Shown piece by piece: positions 18,114-28,117 of a DNA stretch of 64,000 nt (its first letter is position 1; the number at the start of each line of letters is the position of its first letter). The notes below the pieces were generated by a model. The model made no database searches and was not told the origin of the DNA. It worked only from the letters and a program-made list of their open reading frames with translations. Position numbers and translations under genes: made by a program. Location of the stretch: IMG/VR virus record IMGVR_UViG_3300043399_000272, positions 196,149 to 260,148 of that record. One strand, given 5' to 3'.

Positions 18114-20018
18114 TTAATCTGGAACTATACTGAATAATGTACTTAGTGGTTGCTGTGACGGAACTACAGTACCGTCAGTTAGCACTAGTGTCTGTTCATT
18201 ATTAATGAACGAAGACAATTGATTTTGTTCGCTAGGTATCGTAGAGTCAAACGCAACACCTGCTCTATTGCTAATACCAATTCTTACCCATAGTGTGCCA
18301 TCCCAACGATATAGTAAGTTAGGTAGATAGTCAACTCGTAAGAAATAATCACCTACGTTAGGATTTACTGGGAATGTAATACCTGATCCAACCGGTAATC
18401 CGTTAGGAGCAGTACCGTCACCTATTAGATACCCATCTGTGTATCCAAAATCTCTAGGACTTACCCTCGCAATAAACACAAATCTAGGATCACTATCCGC
18501 TCTAAAATCCATTTGTTGTGTAACAGTATATGTAAAGCTAGGTGCAATTTGAATAGCAGTTCCTGCAGGCATGAGCTGAAGTGTAGGATTGTTAACTGTA
18601 ATAACGCTGTTTACAAAATCTACACTCACTACTCTAGTATCTGGTGGGAATACAGATAATACTGTACCGTTGGAAGTCGTTAACGTTGCAGCAACATCTA
18701 CTTCTGGCCAAGGATCTTGCTGAGGTGTAAATGCTTGGCAAGGTATTACTGTACTTCCTATAGGGACTTCTAATGAAGTTAATTCAAATGATGGGAAATT
18801 ATCAGCAGTCGAGTAGGTATTATCAGCAGTGCCGTAAGGTCCTGTAATATCACCCATTGATTTTGCTGTTAATACTAGTGTTCCATCAACTTGACCTGAA
18901 CCAGTCTCCGTCCTTTCAGGAGCTAATTTCCCCGTGCTTAATGACAAGTTAAGAAACTTTCTTAGAGCATCACTTTCATTAGATGTTAATTTTTCTAATT
19001 TTTTTCTTGCTTCTGCACCAATACGCAACACTGGACTAGGGACTCTATATAAAGGACTAGTGACCATGAAAACTTCAGCCCTAATTGGTTCTGGGTTTCC
19101 GGGTGTTATTACTACGTTTACTGGTGGTGCTGGTTGATTATTTTCATATGTAGGTACTAGGTATAACTGACTTCTATCATATCCTGCTTGAGGTAGAATA
19201 CGTCTAGCTTCTTCTATTACTGCGTTATTGATTTCAATGTTTTTGTTATAACGACCTAAGATATCACGTAGATTGTCCGCAGGATCTAGTTCCCAATAAT
19301 TAGGATCAGTTGGTGCGATTCCTGCTGGTACAGGACCTTTTGGTCTATATGTTTTGTCCCCGTATGTTACAGTATATCCAGGTACATATGTTTTAGTAGG
19401 ATCCCAGTCACCTAGATAATTGTCTTGGTCTATTGGTTGACTTAGAATGTTACTAAATTCTTGACTGTCAACCAATGGTTCGCACTTGATTCTCCAAAGA
19501 TGTGGGTACCAAGTTTGACTGAAACCCTCACTTGCATAATTTGCATCAGTAATTTGATAATATCTACGTAAACCTACAGGGATAGATTCATTTAATGGAT
19601 GATAATCAGTTAAATGTGGTAATTCAAGTACATCACCTACCATTAACTTGCGCCCAATTAAATCTATCATTTCGTTATAATGTACAGTAATGAAAATAAT
19701 ATCGTTATTTAAAAATAATCCAAATTGACTTAAATCAAAATCTAAATTTTGTACATTATAATGACCGCGAATTCTGTAAATACTAGTTTCATATTTTCTG
19801 TCACGGTTTTCCAGGAATAATAAATCTTGAATATTAGTGGGGTCTAATTGGTCATATTGTGGTAATGTAGCATCTTGACTGGGTCCAGTATTAGGTACAC
19901 CTAAATATTTGTGAATATATAAATCCGTGCCTCCCACGACTAATTGTTCTTTGACTATTCTATCTAAGAACTTATAATCCTTAGTTTTTTCGGGACGATA
20001 TAATGATATTCTAGGCAT
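18114..20018 (-). CDS. neck/head-closure protein (T4 gp14-like), extended
   Basis: DLLFLENRDRKY, LSQFGLF, GDVLELP; CBM-like segment WDPTKTYVPGYTVTY; adjacent to gp15-like; CATAAATA on the minus strand at 20039-20046. Confidence 0.65.
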   Translation of the reverse strand: MPRISLYRPEKTKDYKFLDRIVKEQLVVGGTDLYIHKYLGVPNTGPSQDATLPQYDQLDPTNIQDLLFLENRDRKYETSIYRIRGHYNVQNLDFDLSQFGLFLNNDIIFITVHYNEMIDLIGRKLMVGDVLELPHLTDYHPLNESIPVGLRRYYQITDANYASEGFSQTWYPHLWRIKCEPLVDSQEFSNILSQPIDQDNYLGDWDPTKTYVPGYTVTYGDKTYRPKGPVPAGIAPTDPNYWELDPADNLRDILGRYNKNIEINNAVIEEARRILPQAGYDRSQLYLVPTYENNQPAPPVNVVITPGNPEPIRAEVFMVTSPLYRVPSPVLRIGAEARKKLEKLTSNESDALRKFLNLSLSTGKLAPERTETGSGQVDGTLVLTAKSMGDITGPYGTADNTYSTADNFPSFELTSLEVPIGSTVIPCQAFTPQQDPWPEVDVAATLTTSNGTVLSVFPPDTRVVSVDFVNSVITVNNPTLQLMPAGTAIQIAPSFTYTVTQQMDFRADSDPRFVFIARVSPRDFGYTDGYLIGDGTAPNGLPVGSGITFPVNPNVGDYFLRVDYLPNLLYRWDGTLWVRIGISNRAGVAFDSTIPSEQNQLSSFINNEQTLVLTDGTVVPSQQPLSTLFSIVPD

Positions 20019-20069
20019 GATTAAATCCGTTTACTTACTATTTATGACAAAAGTATTACCGTAATTCTA

Positions 20070-20098
20070 TTGACAATAATTGGACATGGCTATACAAT
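20070..20098 (+). promoter_or_regulatory. strong sigma70-type early promoter
   Basis: TTGACA-17 nt-TACAAT, then a TAAGGAG SD. Confidence 0.8.
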
Positions 20099-20122
20099 AC
20101 ATACATTGTTTAAGGAGAAGTT

Positions 20123-21286
20123 ATGGCAACCCGCAAGCCTAAAAAGACAGCCGATCATTTTATCAAAGCACTAAATCCCCGAGACCCTGATACAAAGTAT
20201 ATGGGGGACGAGCCGTTCTTTGCCCTCCAGCCTGATTCAGGTTATCGTGGGGTAGCACTTGCACGTAGCTTCAATTGGTATAACCGTTTTTATAGCAAAA
20301 AAGATGCTAAAGAATTGATTTCTCAATATCTGGAACATCACGACCGGCATGATGACGCTAAAAAAATGCGTAAGGTCGATGACAAAGAATTCCTAATGAC
20401 ACTGTGTTGGCTTGCAAGAATGACTTTGCGCGGCCTTGAACTTACCGAACATGAAGAAGCCACATTGGAAAATGAAATTAGTCGATTGCTGAAATTGGTT
20501 GCCAAACCAGTTGTAGTTGAAAAAGTAGAAGACAAGCCTGTGATTTCTCGCCCCAACATTCAGGATATTATGCGAGACAAAGCACGTGAGGCTGCAGGCG
20601 AACTTGAAGGTATGTTTGATGAATTTGTTGCTACTGGAAAGGTATCTGACAAGACAGTTGATGTGGTTGCAAGATTCAATGTGATGCCTCAACACATTCC
20701 ACTGATTGTTGAATTCTGGAAGCGTAAGCAGGAAGAATTTGAAGTCCTGCAAGAAGGTAATGATAAAGATATCAAAGAAGCATACAGTTTTCTGGGCAAA
20801 ATTCAAGTACGAAACATTCTGAAATTTATTGATCAGGTACTGGGTGATTTGAATAGTTACATTTCTATTAAGAAAGCAAGCAAAGCTCCTCGTAAGAAGA
20901 AGGCTGTACCGATCGAAAAGGTTGTAGCTAAACTTAAGTATCTCAAAGAATTTAAAGACCCTGCAAACAAACTGGATCTCGTCAGTGTACATCCTACTAA
21001 ATTGCATGGTGCAAGTGAGGCGTGGGTTTATGACACTGCGAAACGTAAACTCCACCACTACATTGCGGATGAGTACAGCAAAACCTTCACTGTCAAAGGT
21101 AATACTATTCTCGGCTTTGATACAAACAAATCTGAGATTAAAACACTGCGTAAGCCCGGTGAACAAATCAAAGAAGTAATGGGTTCAAAACCCGCGGCTC
21201 GCAAATTCTTTGCAGATATTAAAGCGGTTGCTACTACACCCAATGGTCGCTTTAATGAGAACATGCTGATTTTGAAGGCGTTTTAA
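20123..21286 (+). CDS. hypothetical early protein
   Basis: 387 aa, K-rich, strong SD, downstream of an early promoter. Confidence 0.8.
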   Translation: MATRKPKKTADHFIKALNPRDPDTKYMGDEPFFALQPDSGYRGVALARSFNWYNRFYSKKDAKELISQYLEHHDRHDDAKKMRKVDDKEFLMTLCWLARMTLRGLELTEHEEATLENEISRLLKLVAKPVVVEKVEDKPVISRPNIQDIMRDKAREAAGELEGMFDEFVATGKVSDKTVDVVARFNVMPQHIPLIVEFWKRKQEEFEVLQEGNDKDIKEAYSFLGKIQVRNILKFIDQVLGDLNSYISIKKASKAPRKKKAVPIEKVVAKLKYLKEFKDPANKLDLVSVHPTKLHGASEAWVYDTAKRKLHHYIADEYSKTFTVKGNTILGFDTNKSEIKTLRKPGEQIKEVMGSKPAARKFFADIKAVATTPNGRFNENMLILKAF

Positions 21287-21287
21287 T

Positions 21288-21512
21288 ATGATTACAGGAG
21301 CCCTTTGGTATACAGGTAGCCACTGCATTGGTATTGTTCAAGTCGTTCAAGGCCACCAAGTAGAAGAATATCGACAAACCGGCGAAGCAGAATTTAAGTA
21401 CTACATTGGTGTAGGTTTGGGTCAGGAAGAAAAATCTGATGCCCAGTATATTGCAGATTACGGCATGCCTTTTGACAAGGTCGCAGGTGATTCGTTATTC
21501 AGAGTAAATTAA
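21288..21512 (+). CDS. hypothetical protein
   Basis: operonic ORF. Confidence 0.7.
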   Translation: MITGALWYTGSHCIGIVQVVQGHQVEEYRQTGEAEFKYYIGVGLGQEEKSDAQYIADYGMPFDKVAGDSLFRVN

Positions 21513-21522
21513 GGAGATAAAA

Positions 21523-21753
21523 ATGAAAGTTAGTAAAACAGATATGATTGTAAAAGATGAAAAAGCATTTAGGTTGCGTGTACGTCACTGGAAGGCAGAT
21601 AACCCATCTGATCTAAATGCTATTGAATTTGTTCAGGAATGCATCGGTAAAGACGGCGAAGTTGACTTCACTTCAACTTACCAGTACAATCTAACCAATG
21701 ATGATTTAAAACAATTGGCCATCACAATGTCCAGACTAGCAGAAAGCGCATAA
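21523..21753 (+). CDS. hypothetical protein
   Basis: TAAGGAG SD. Confidence 0.75.
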   Translation: MKVSKTDMIVKDEKAFRLRVRHWKADNPSDLNAIEFVQECIGKDGEVDFTSTYQYNLTNDDLKQLAITMSRLAESA

Positions 21754-22167
21754 ATGACACAACAAATTGATTTAAACAAATATCAGGACTTTGTCCAAGC
21801 AGTTACCAGTGACGCAAGCAACGACTTTGCGGCTATGGTTAAACGACTACAAGAACTTGATGACCAACCCAACCTGAACATCAGTCTACTGATGACTGCT
21901 GGTATTGGTCTAGCAAGTGAAGGCGGCGAGTTTAACGAAATCATTAAAAAGATGGTCTTCCAAGGTAAGCCATTCAATGAAGAAAATCGCTTTCACATGA
22001 AGCGTGAACTAGGTGATATCTTTTGGTATTGGACTAATGCATGTAGGGCACTTGGATATGACCCTAACGAGGTGATTGCTGAGAATGTAGGCAAACTTGA
22101 AGCACGATATCCAGGAGGCTCATTCGATGCGTTCTATTCAGAAAATCGCAAGGCCGGGGACCTCTAA
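21754..22167 (+). CDS. mazG: MazG-like nucleotide pyrophosphohydrolase
   Basis: GLASEGGEFNEIIKK...ELGDIFWY...N..KL..RY. Confidence 0.88.
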   Translation: MTQQIDLNKYQDFVQAVTSDASNDFAAMVKRLQELDDQPNLNISLLMTAGIGLASEGGEFNEIIKKMVFQGKPFNEENRFHMKRELGDIFWYWTNACRALGYDPNEVIAENVGKLEARYPGGSFDAFYSENRKAGDL

Positions 22168-22393
22168 AGTGCATCCTTGGGACGAAAACCTGACGTTGTT
22201 CACCCCCGAAGAATTTGACCAATTGCCTGATGGGACTGAATTATATTCAATCATGCAGGGTGATAAACCTGTAATCAAAGGTAAAGATGACATTGACATG
22301 GATACACGATTCGGGCACATTGCTTATGGAGTTAATGATCCATGGAATCATCCCTTGAAGGACTTGTTCTTGATGTTCAAACTCAAGCAATGA
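22097..22393 (+). CDS. hypothetical protein
   Basis: Operonic; the start is uncertain (possibly GTG near 22169). Confidence 0.55.
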   Translation: MKHDIQEAHSMRSIQKIARPGTSKVHPWDENLTLFTPEEFDQLPDGTELYSIMQGDKPVIKGKDDIDMDTRFGHIAYGVNDPWNHPLKDLFLMFKLKQ

Positions 22394-22614
22394 ACTTCAG
22401 CCCAGCTCCCAAGTATCATACTTGGAACGATTATGTTGCGAGAAAGATTGTGAAATCTCCCTGGGAGCAGTGGTTTGCGTGGTATCCTGTCAAAGTTAAT
22501 GGAAATCGAATCTGGTTAAAGACAGTATACCGCCGATGCATCAACACATATGTTGACATGGATAATTGGAAAAGATACGAATACGGTAATGTATTTGATA
22601 TACTGAAAGACTAA
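22390..22614 (+). CDS. hypothetical protein, paralog of 2844-3185
   Basis: ATGA overlap; WFAWYPV...RIWL motif. Confidence 0.7.
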   Translation: MNFSPAPKYHTWNDYVARKIVKSPWEQWFAWYPVKVNGNRIWLKTVYRRCINTYVDMDNWKRYEYGNVFDILKD

Positions 22615-22641
22615 CTCCTGATAAATACACTATCAGGAGTT
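22613..22641 (+). promoter_or_regulatory. SD-occluding hairpin containing a late promoter
   Basis: AACTCCTGATA-7-TATCAGGAGTT is a perfect 11-bp IR, with GATAAATA at 22620-22627 inside it. Confidence 0.75.
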
Positions 22642-22645
22642 TTCC

Positions 22646-23407
22646 ATGGCTAATCAGCGACTACAAGATTTAAAAGATGAATTGTTCAAAAATTTAAGAT
22701 TTCGTCTAGGTGATGGTATGGTTGATGTTGAACTTGACCCAGAGCATTACGAAGCTGCATACAATTACACCATTAAACTATATAGACAACGAGCACAAAA
22801 CGCAACGCAAGAATCATATACTTTGATGGAAATTCATAAAAATAAAGATGTGTATGTCCTGCCTTCAGAATTTATCAACGTAAGACAAGTATTTAGAAGA
22901 ACAGTGGGTTTAGAAACAGGTCCTGCGGCAAGTTCTTTTGACCCATTTTCTAGTGCGATTCTTAACACGTATTTGTTAAACTATAACTACGCAGGTGGTC
23001 TAGCAACATATGATTTTTATGCCCAGTACATCGAATTAGCTGCTAGAATGTTCGGTGGATACGTAATTTACACGTTTAACCCTGTAACCAAAGAAATTAG
23101 AATTGTAAGAGACCCTAAAGGATCAGGCGAAAAGATTCTAATTTGGGCTGATATTATTCGTCCAGAAGAACAATTATTACAAGATCCAGGGGCAGGGGTT
23201 TGGATTGGTGACTATACACTTGCGGTGCTTAAAGGCATATTAGGCGAAGCCCGTGAAAAATTCGCTAGTATAGCTGGTCCAAGTGGCGGAACTTCTTTAA
23301 ATGGTGCTTCGCTCAAAGCAGAATCAAAAGCAGAACAAGAAAGATTAATTGAGGATCTAAAACGCTTTGTAGATTATAGTCAACCATATTCATTCGTTAT
23401 TGGTTAA
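22646..23407 (+). CDS. neck protein (T4 gp13-like)
   Basis: LRFRLG...VDVEL, W..DY.LA..K..LG..R.KF...GG.SLNG. Confidence 0.85.
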   Translation: MANQRLQDLKDELFKNLRFRLGDGMVDVELDPEHYEAAYNYTIKLYRQRAQNATQESYTLMEIHKNKDVYVLPSEFINVRQVFRRTVGLETGPAASSFDPFSSAILNTYLLNYNYAGGLATYDFYAQYIELAARMFGGYVIYTFNPVTKEIRIVRDPKGSGEKILIWADIIRPEEQLLQDPGAGVWIGDYTLAVLKGILGEAREKFASIAGPSGGTSLNGASLKAESKAEQERLIEDLKRFVDYSQPYSFVIG

Positions 23408-23427
23408 ACTGCTCTTTATTTTAAGAC

Positions 23428-23458
23428 ACTCCTGTAATACAATAAGTACTGCAGGAGT
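23428..23458 (+). promoter_or_regulatory. SD-occluding hairpin of the dNMP kinase gene
   Basis: ACTCCTGTAATAC/GTACTGCAGGAGT, with ATAAGTA in the loop region. Confidence 0.6.
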
Positions 23459-23467
23459 TTTCTTTTT

Positions 23468-24100
23468 ATGATTATAGGTGTTACCGGATTGATCGGCAGC
23501 GGCAAAGATACTATCGCCGATTATTTAGTTACCCATCATGGGTTTAAGCGTATAAGTTTTGCAGCTAGTCTCAAAGATGCAGTATCGTCAGTATTTGGTT
23601 GGGACCGAGAATTACTAGAAGGAACGACTAAATCAAGTCGTGAATGGCGAGAACAAAAAGATGAATGGTGGAGCAACCGTCTAGGTAGAGAAATTACACC
23701 ACGCTGGGTACTGCAATTTTGGGGCACAGAAGTTTTACGTAATCATTTTCATAATGATATATGGGTTGCGAGTGTAGAAAACAAATTGCGCCAAGCAAAG
23801 GATGATATTGTAATCACAGATTGCAGATTTGCTAATGAGGTCAATGCTATAAAAGATGCAGGCGGTCTAACGATGCGTGTTTCACGCGGGCCCGATCCAG
23901 AATGGTATCAATATGCAACTGATTATAACAAAGGACCTGATGGAAATTCCATGTGGTCTATTAGTAAAACTAAATTAGATAAATTTGGTATACATGCCAG
24001 CGAATATTCTAGCGTTGGCTTGATGTATGACTATTACGTTGATAATAACGGCTCAATTGATGATTTGCATAATAAAGTGAAATCAATAGTCAACCTCTAA
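23468..24100 (+). CDS. deoxynucleoside monophosphate kinase (T4 gp1-like)
   Basis: GLIGSGKDT, SFA..LK, TPRWVLQFWGTE, ITDCRFANE, HASE. Confidence 0.92.
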   Translation: MIIGVTGLIGSGKDTIADYLVTHHGFKRISFAASLKDAVSSVFGWDRELLEGTTKSSREWREQKDEWWSNRLGREITPRWVLQFWGTEVLRNHFHNDIWVASVENKLRQAKDDIVITDCRFANEVNAIKDAGGLTMRVSRGPDPEWYQYATDYNKGPDGNSMWSISKTKLDKFGIHASEYSSVGLMYDYYVDNNGSIDDLHNKVKSIVNL

Positions 24101-24430
24101 ATCACCCCTGCGCCAAGTTACTTCCTTTCGTTTTACTACTTCTACGCAATTAAGACACACCGTTCTTAAGTTGACGTAGTTATTATTTTCTAGATTACCA
24201 TCTATGTGGTATACAGTCATCTGAGAAGAAAATAGACTCTTAAACCCGCATACGTCACATGTGGGTTTTTTCTTGTATCCTGCCCTTTGCCAAGTAGGAA
24301 CGCTGGGTTTCTTCTTAGCTTTCTTGCGCCCGCACTCATCACATATGCTGCGATAGTATGTTTTTCCTTTGCGGATGTAATTAACTGCACAAAGATTCTT
24401 GTTACAAGTCTTACATATTGGTCTTTTCAT
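24083..24430 (-). CDS. Zn-binding HNH-like protein
   Basis: Several CxxC pairs; YHIDGNLENN...NL..VC.NC. Confidence 0.7.
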   Translation of the reverse strand: MKRPICKTCNKNLCAVNYIRKGKTYYRSICDECGRKKAKKKPSVPTWQRAGYKKKPTCDVCGFKSLFSSQMTVYHIDGNLENNNYVNLRTVCLNCVEVVKRKEVTWRRGDLEVDY

Positions 24431-24548
24431 ACAGTATTTAACAAAACACCTTTAAAGGTATGGTTATTGGCTGTTTTTATAAATTTTCGCTAAATATTAT
24501 TACGTATAGGGCGTTAACCCTCAAAATCATAACATAAAGGAAAACAAC

Positions 24549-27500
24549 ATGGCACTAGTATCACCAGGCGTAGAAGTTACAATTATTGATGAAAGTCAAT
24601 ATTTACCTCCTGCCTCATCATCTGTCCCCTTCGTTCTATTAGCAACTGCACAAAATAAAGCGAACGCTACCGGGACAGCAATTGCGCCAGCGACTACAGC
24701 CGCTAATGCAAACAAATTATACACAGTAACAAGTCAGCGTGACTTAGTAAACTTATTCGGTAATCCGTTCTTTTACAAAACTTCGAATAATACCCCTATT
24801 CAGGGATATGAACTAAATGAATATGGTCTTTTGGCTGCATACTCATTGCTAGGTGCTACTAATCGTTGCTTTATCTTACGTGCTGACATTGACTTGGCTA
24901 GCTTAGTAGGTACATTATCTCGTCCAACAGGAGCTCCTGCTGACGGTACTTATTGGTTAGATACAACAACTACTACCTGGGGTATCTATGAGTTTAATCA
25001 ATCTACTGGTAAATTCACTAATAAACTACCACTAGTTATTACTGACGCTAACCAAATGTCTGGCGGCGCGCCACTAACATCATTGGGTACGATCGGATCA
25101 TACGCACAATATGCTGAATTGAATTCAGAAACTGGTGTTTATAGTAACCCTACATTCTTCTATAAGAACATGAACAACTCATGGGTTGTCGTAGGTAGTC
25201 AAGACTGGAAAAATTCAATACCTACTGTAACTACTGTTGCTCCTACAGGTGCATTACTTAGTGGAACAGAATACTCATTCACTATTACGTTTAATGGAAC
25301 TACCGGCAATGCTCAAGTAATAACGTTTGACGGAGCTACTGGCATTTACGCTATTCAGAATGCAATTCACAATGCAGGTGGATATTTAGATGCTCAAGTT
25401 GTAAACAACACACTTCAAATTTATTACTCTAATCCAGATCCTGATTCTTTCATCAATATTACTGACGGAGCAAATACACCATTAGCTACATTATTTGGAG
25501 CAGCAGCACCAGTTAATCTCAACTATTTTAACCCATTGATGGTTACTAGTCCATCATCTCAGATGCCTTTATGGACAGTTGGCCAATTAACTTCTAGACC
25601 TACTGGATCTGTTTGGGTTAAATCAAGTGTATCTGGTAATGGTTTGAATCCTGCTCTCAACGTTTATCGTAGTAGTTTAGCTAGTTGGGTAGGCGTAAAT
25701 GTATCTTATTATGACTTATCTGGAAATGCAATCTTTGCGTTAGATTCAACTGGTGGCCAATCAATACCAGTAGGCACTGTTATCATGTCTGGTGCACCTG
25801 CAGGCTTATTAAGAAGAAAAGCTACAGGTAGCACAATTGTAACTGGCTCTACTACTTCGCCAGAACCAACTGTAGGATCCGTATTGTATGCTACTGTATC
25901 AACTCCGGGTGTTCCTGCTGCATCGGTCCATCAAATTACTATGACCGGTTCAACAGGATCTTCGTTTGTAGTTGATTGGCTTGCAGCCGATATCCCTAAT
26001 ACAGATGCATATTTGACTACTAATGGAGCAATTCAAATCGAACACACCGCCGGCGGCGACATCTATTTAACTGATGTTAATCCTACAACAGGTATTAGTT
26101 CGGGACTTCTTGCTGAAATAGGTTTTGACACAGTATCTAACCCAGATGTACTAGTTGGTTTTGCTCTAAGTAACTACAACACATTCCAGTACACTGACAT
26201 TGGCGGCGCAGTATTCTCTGTAACTATTGAAAGAGATTACTATTCTGTTTCTGCTAACTTAGGATCCGGTAACTACTCTAGTTCTGGTACTACTCAGGTA
26301 GTAATACCAGGAACTGATTTAGGTGGTTCATCTCCTGCAAATGATATTACAATTAACATTGAAGGTGGTTCATCTCCTACTTGGACATTCATGTCCGGCA
26401 CACCTAACATTAAATATGTTTCAACTTTATCTAATTGGGAATGGTTGTCCTACACACCAAATGAAGGTCCACTAGCAACAAACCCAGCAAACGGAACTAA
26501 TTGGTACTACAGTACAATTTCTGAAGTTGACATTATGGTAAACCAAAATGGTGCTTGGAAAGGGTATCGTGAAGTATCTTACGATAGTAATGGTCACCCC
26601 CTACCAAGCGGTGTTAACACAACTGATCCTAACGGTCCGATTCTTGCAACCGATGAGCCAACTACTCAGAGTGACGGTACTGCTCTAGTGTACGGTGATC
26701 TATGGATTGACACTAATGATTTAGAAAACTATCCAATGATTTATCGTTGGCAATTGGTTGATGGTCAAGATCAATGGGTACAAATCGACAACACAGACCA
26801 AGTCAGTCAAAACGGTGTTCTATTTGCAGACGCACGTTGGGGCACTTCTGGTAGCGTAGATCCAGTAAATGATCCGATACCTGAAATCGTTGATTTGCTA
26901 GAAAGCAATTATCTAGATTTAGATGCACCTAATCCAGTTGCGTATCCACAAGGTATGTTGTTATGGAATACCCGTCGTTCTGGATATAACGTAAAGCAGT
27001 TTAGAACTAATTACTTTACAAGTGCTAACTATCCAGGTGAATCATTACCTACATTCTCATACACATGGGTAAGTGTAAGTGGATTGAATACTAATGGATC
27101 AGCTTACATGGGCCGCAAAGCTCAGCGTAATATGGTTGTACAAGCCATGAAAGCTGCAATTGGTACTAACCAGACAATTCGTGAAGAAGATACATTCTTC
27201 AACTTAATGGCTACACCAAACTATCCTGAGTTGCAACCTGATATGGTCGTTCTAAACAATGACCGTAACAACACTGCTTACATCATTGGTGATACACCAT
27301 TGCGCTTACCAGATCAAGCTACTGCATTGACTAACTGGGCTACAAACGCTGCAGGAGCATCAAGCACAGGTGAAGATGGATTAGTTACACGTAACGAATA
27401 TATGGGTCTATTCTATCCAAGCGGTATCACTGTAAACCCAACAGATGGTTCTGCAGTGGTGGTACCTGCTTCACATATGATGCTTCGTACATTCTTACGC

Positions 27501-28058
27501 AATGATACTATTGCTTATCCTTGGTTAGCACCAGCTGGTACTCGTAGAGGTAATATCGACAATGCAACAAACATTGGTTATTTAGACGCAACTACTGGCG
27601 AGTTTGTAGCTATCAAGAATCGTTTAGGAATTCGTGACGTATTGTACACAAACCAGATCAACCCACTAGCATTCTTCACAGGTGTTGGCTTGTTGAACTA
27701 TGGTAATAAGAACAGCAAGGATACACAGTCTGCACTAGATCGTATCAACGTAGCTCGTTTAGTTTGCTATGTACGTGAAAGACTGCAAGTTCTTGCTCGT
27801 CCGTTCGTATTCGAACCTAACGATTCTGTAACACGTAATCAAATTGCAGGTGTGGTACAGTCATTGTTTATAGATTTAGTCGCTAAACGTGGCCTATATG
27901 ACTACCTAGTTGTATGTGATGAATCTAACAATACTCCTGCACGTATCGACAGAAATGAATTGTGGATCGATGTTGCGATTGAGCCAGTGAAAGCTGCTGA
28001 ATTCATCTACATCCCAGTTCGTGTCCTTAACACAGGGGAAATTCAAGGAGCCCAATAA
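24549..28058 (+). CDS. tail sheath protein (gp18-like) with large insertions
   Basis: LVSPGVEV; PWLAPAG.RRG; INP; RINVARL; FEPND; VVCDESNNTP..ID; KAAEFIY. Confidence 0.95.
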   Translation: MALVSPGVEVTIIDESQYLPPASSSVPFVLLATAQNKANATGTAIAPATTAANANKLYTVTSQRDLVNLFGNPFFYKTSNNTPIQGYELNEYGLLAAYSLLGATNRCFILRADIDLASLVGTLSRPTGAPADGTYWLDTTTTTWGIYEFNQSTGKFTNKLPLVITDANQMSGGAPLTSLGTIGSYAQYAELNSETGVYSNPTFFYKNMNNSWVVVGSQDWKNSIPTVTTVAPTGALLSGTEYSFTITFNGTTGNAQVITFDGATGIYAIQNAIHNAGGYLDAQVVNNTLQIYYSNPDPDSFINITDGANTPLATLFGAAAPVNLNYFNPLMVTSPSSQMPLWTVGQLTSRPTGSVWVKSSVSGNGLNPALNVYRSSLASWVGVNVSYYDLSGNAIFALDSTGGQSIPVGTVIMSGAPAGLLRRKATGSTIVTGSTTSPEPTVGSVLYATVSTPGVPAASVHQITMTGSTGSSFVVDWLAADIPNTDAYLTTNGAIQIEHTAGGDIYLTDVNPTTGISSGLLAEIGFDTVSNPDVLVGFALSNYNTFQYTDIGGAVFSVTIERDYYSVSANLGSGNYSSSGTTQVVIPGTDLGGSSPANDITINIEGGSSPTWTFMSGTPNIKYVSTLSNWEWLSYTPNEGPLATNPANGTNWYYSTISEVDIMVNQNGAWKGYREVSYDSNGHPLPSGVNTTDPNGPILATDEPTTQSDGTALVYGDLWIDTNDLENYPMIYRWQLVDGQDQWVQIDNTDQVSQNGVLFADARWGTSGSVDPVNDPIPEIVDLLESNYLDLDAPNPVAYPQGMLLWNTRRSGYNVKQFRTNYFTSANYPGESLPTFSYTWVSVSGLNTNGSAYMGRKAQRNMVVQAMKAAIGTNQTIREEDTFFNLMATPNYPELQPDMVVLNNDRNNTAYIIGDTPLRLPDQATALTNWATNAAGASSTGEDGLVTRNEYMGLFYPSGITVNPTDGSAVVVPASHMMLRTFLRNDTIAYPWLAPAGTRRGNIDNATNIGYLDATTGEFVAIKNRLGIRDVLYTNQINPLAFFTGVGLLNYGNKNSKDTQSALDRINVARLVCYVRERLQVLARPFVFEPNDSVTRNQIAGVVQSLFIDLVAKRGLYDYLVVCDESNNTPARIDRNELWIDVAIEPVKAAEFIYIPVRVLNTGEIQGAQ

Positions 28059-28083
28059 ATGAAGCCCGAAAGGGCTTCATTTT
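28057..28083 (+). terminator. Rho-independent terminator
   Basis: AAATGAAGCCC-GAAA-GGGCTTCATTTT. Confidence 0.8.
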
Positions 28084-28117
28084 ATAAAAGATAAATATAT
28101 ATAACAGGAGAAATAAT

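Noticed and set aside
20393-21166. 257-aa minus-strand ORF and the many other short antisense ORFs in the track
   Set aside because: They lie fully within well-supported plus-strand genes and have atypical composition and no expression signals.
24083-24430. Mobile homing endonuclease
   Set aside because: It is short, free-standing and Zn-rich with a late-type promoter and no intron context, so mobility cannot be supported.
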